Assembly (NCBI GenBank): GCA_950097015.1
Contig: CATNEN010000028.1
Coordinates: 868,001 to 932,000 of the forward strand
Origin: Macrostomum hystrix
Taxonomy: Eukaryota; Animalia; Platyhelminthes
DNA: 64,000 nucleotides
Direction: 5' to 3'
Shown here: positions 60,500 through 64,000 of the stretch, in pieces
How positions within the stretch are numbered: the first letter of the stretch is position 1
How the letters are laid out: each line of letters begins with the position of its first letter
Position numbers and translations under genes: made by a program
The notes under the pieces: model-generated
Told to the model about the DNA's origin: nothing
The model's input: only the letters and a program-made list of their open reading frames with translations
Database searches by the model: none

Positions 60500-61910
60500 G
60501 GGATTATTCAGAGAATCCGGGATTATTCAGAGAATCTTGGATTATTCAGTGAATCTGGGATTATTTAGAGAATCTGGGATTATTCAGTGAATCTGGGATT
60601 ATTCAGAGAATCTGGGATTAATCAGTGAATCTGGGATTATTCAGAGAATCTGGGATTATACAGTGAATCTGGGATTATTTAGAGAATCTGGGATTATTCA
60701 GTGAATCTAGGATTATTCAGAGAATCTGGGATTATACAGTGAATCTGGGACTTTTCAGAGAATCTGGGATTATTCAGTGAATCTGGGATTATTTAGAGAA
60801 TCTGGGATTATTCAGTGAATCTGGGATTATTCAGAGAATCTGGGATTAATCAGTGAATCTGGGATTATTCAGAGAATCTGGGATTATACAGTGAATCTGG
60901 GACTTTTCAGAGAATCTGGGATTATTCAGTGAATCTCGGATTAATCAGTGAATCCGGGATTAATCAGTGAATCTGGGATTATACAGGGAATCTGAGATTA
61001 TACAGTGAATCTGGGATTATTCAGAGAATCTGGGATTATACAGTGAATCTGGGATTATTCAGAGAATCCGGGATTATTCAGAGAATCTGGGATTATTCAG
61101 TGAATCTGGGATTATTCAGTGAATCTGGGATTAATCAGTGAATCCGGGATTAATCAGTGAATCTGGGATTATACAGGGAATCTGGGATTATTCAGTGAAT
61201 CTGGGATTATTCAGTGAATCTGGGATTATTCAGATAATCTGGGATTATTCAGTGAATCTGGGATTATTTAGAGAATCTGGGATTATTCAGTGAATCTGGG
61301 ATTATTCAGAGAATCTGGGATTAATCAGTGAATCTGGGATTATTCAGAGAATCTGGGATTATACAGTGAATCTGGGACTTTTCAGAGAATCTGGGATTAT
61401 TCAGTGAATCTCGGATTAATCAGTGAATCCGGGATTAATCAGTGAATCTGGGATTATACAGGGAATCTGAGATTATACAGTGAATCTGGGATTATTCAGA
61501 GAATCTGGGATTATACAGTGAATCTGGGATTATTCAGAGAATCCGGGATTATTCAGAGAATCTGGGATTATTCAGTGAATCTGGGATTATTCAGTGAATC
61601 TGGGATTATTCAGAGAATCTGGGATTATTCAGAGAATCTGGGATTATTCAGTGAATCTGGGATTATTCAGTGAATCTGGGATTATTCAGTGAATCTGGGA
61701 TTAATTAGTGAATCTGGGATTATTCAGAGAATCTAGGATTATTCAGAGAATCTGGGATTATTCAGTGAATCTGGGATTATTCAGTGAATCTGGGATTATT
61801 TAGAGAATCTGGGATTATTCAGTGAATCTGGGATTATTCAGAGAATCTGGGATTATTCAGAGAATCTGGGATTATTCAGAGAATTTGGGATTATTCAGTG
61901 AATCCGGGAT
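60500..61910. repeat. 19-bp satellite (GAATCTGGGATTATTCAG[A/T])n
   Basis: About 74 units; contains an internal 475-bp block duplication. Confidence 0.97.
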
Positions 61911-62719
61911 TTTCTTGTAAATCTGCTGGCTTTTACGATCGGGTTTGTATACAATTTTTTTGAACTGAGGAATCTATGATACCGCGAGAGTTCCTATGCA
62001 CCAAAGTGACTATAGAATATGCAGAAGTTGATGTAAACATTGAAGTCTTTGTTGATATCTGATCGGTACAGGCTTCTATAGAGATTGAAAAAAGGAATTG
62101 CATTTTTGCCCAAACAAATGTCAAACACTGCAGTCAATTACCAGCTCCAGCTAATATTTATACATTTTTTTGGTAACAAAGCTTTGATTCTGCAGTTGTT
62201 GGTCTGGTTGAAATTTTTGGTTGAATAGTTTTCGGTAGGTCTGACTGTGACAGCAGTCGCGCGCGCAGCTTGGGCATCGGTGCAAACCATTTTTCGTGTA
62301 AACCAAACCTGTCTCCACAGCTGTGCAAGGCAGCCTCCCACTTGGGCGAACGCCCAGAAGCTTATAAACATTGCACTCAAATTGCATGCATCTGTTTGAC
62401 CGGGGGGGGGAACAGCCCAACAGTTGGCACAGTTGGTCACAATGGGACGCACTCGACTGATCCCCACTCAAACTTTCGTCACCTGTCACCTGCGGCAGTC
62501 AGTTGCATCGAAATTGTCAACCGCAACCGCCTCTTGCCGCATTCCAGACAGAGAGATTGCGTCACAGATGCCAGATCCACAGGAAGAGATTACCTGATAA
62601 GGTGAAATTCGATTGTATGAAATTGGCTAGAGGGAATAATTTTGCATTTAAGATAAATTGAATAAATAGGATACAGCATAGCTAAATGTAGAAATTTCAA
62701 AATGAGAGAACTTACTAAA

Positions 62720-63260
62720 CCCAATACTCCCCAACTCCGAAACTTCTCAACTCCGAAAATTCCCAACACCGAATCTTCCCAACTCCGAATCTTCCGAAGT
62801 CAGAAACTTCCAAAATTTGAATCTTTCAAACTCCGAAACTCCCGAACTCCGAAACTTCCCAACTCCGAATCTTCCAAAATCCGAATCTTCCAAAATCCGC
62901 AACTTCCGAAATCCGAAACTTCTCAAATCCGCAGCTTCCTAAATCCTCCGAAGCTTCCGAAATCCTCCGAAGCTTCCGAAATCCTCCGAAGATTCCGAAA
63001 TCCTCCGAATCTTCCCAAATCCGAATCTTCCCGAATCCGAATCGTCCCAAATCCGAATCTTTCCAAATCCGAATCTTCCCAAATCCGAATCTTCCCAAAT
63101 CCGAATCTTCCCAAATCCGAATCTTCCCAAATCCGAATCTTCCCAATTCCGAATCTTCCCATTTCGGAATCTTCCCAAATCCGAATCTTCCCAAATCCGA
63201 ATCTTCCCAATTCCGAATCTTCCCATTTCCGAATCTTCCCAAATCTGAAGCTTGCTCAAT
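62720..63260. repeat. 16-bp degenerate minisatellite (CCGAATCTTCCCAAAT)n
   Basis: Graded degeneracy; gives the spurious RFGFGKIRIWEDSDLG ORFs. Confidence 0.9.
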
Positions 63261-63774
63261 CAGAAACTTCCGAAATCGAAAAATTCAGATGTCTCTGATT
63301 TCTAGCTTCCTAATTCGATTCTAAAAATAACGAATCCGAAGATAAAAACATCCCAAACTTAAAATCGAAATGAAAGCGCCAGGAACTTGCATTCTTTCAG
63401 TCTCCTCAGTTAAGCATACTGCCAAATTGCTGGGGGCCAAGTTATTGTTAGCAGATGTTCACTTTGGCGATCTACAAGGTTAAGCCAATTTGCAGCTTTA
63501 GTGCTGACAATTTGACATCTGGCAGGGGGGAATCAGGGACCTCTCGATGCCCTAATATCATTTACAGCTCAAGCTACTTACGCTTGTTAGTGCTTCAAGG
63601 TGAAAAATCTGGTTTATTTTTTACTGCCCATTTTTTAGGTTCCGCCAATCCCCGAGCATTGCTTCGATGGCTAGGGCTTCAGTCTGATGCGATTTGAAAT
63701 TTCAGAATAATTTTCTACTATCAGTTTCATTTGCATCCTGAAATCTGATGGAGGTTGACTAACAGTCAAGATGG

Positions 63775-64000
63775 GCAGCCTGGTGTCTTTAGAGGCAGCC
63801 TGATGTCTTTAGAGGCAGCCTGGTGTCTTTAGAGGCAGCCTGATGTCTTTAGAGGCAGCCTGGTGTCTTTAGAGGCAGCCTGGTGTCTTTAGAGGCAGCC
63901 TGGTGTCTTTAGAGGCAGCCTGGTGTCTTTAGAGGCAGCCTGGTGTCTTTAGAGGCAGCCTGGTGTCTTAAGAGGCAGCCTGATGTCTTTAGAGGCAGCC
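63775..64000. repeat. 20-bp minisatellite (AGAGGCAGCCTGGTGTCTTT)n, running off the window end
   Basis: Directly visible. Confidence 0.95.

Noticed and set aside
61933-62605. Cys-rich short ORFs between satellites
   Set aside because: No consistent frame, splice structure or recognisable motif.
62702-63298. Pro/Ser repeat ORFs (PNPNLPKSESSQIRIF)
   Set aside because: 16-bp satellite translations.

Overview
Eukaryotic (metazoan) genomic DNA with spliceosomal introns, GC-rich CAG/polyQ-laden exons and about 20% of the window in short-period minisatellites. This style suggests the flatworm Macrostomum lignano (inference; no search was run). Genes supported from the sequence: a 3-exon two-pore K+ channel (+, with a 1-nt frameshift); a co-oriented minus-strand run of a small secreted-peptide candidate, MRI1, an MPP7-like MAGUK, NDUFC2, a cystatin, two tandem ZNF706 copies and a cystatin pseudogene; a multi-exon N-acylated FAMeT-like-domain gene missed by the ORF track (+); an intronless Sxl/ELAV-like 3-RRM gene (+); and an Id/extramacrochaetae HLH gene (-). 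Mobile DNA: a young Ty3/Gypsy (Mag-like) element (230-bp LTRs differing at one base, TTGAC TSD) lacking RNase H and nested in a mariner remnant; a 184-bp solo LTR nested in a SINE; a tRNA-Leu-like SINE family (6 pieces); a CORE-like SINE; and a MITE. Most ORFs in the supplied track are artefacts of satellites or of GC-rich antisense strands. There is no CRISPR array, rRNA or convincing tRNA gene. Family assignments come from motif recognition against remembered sequences, not from database searches.
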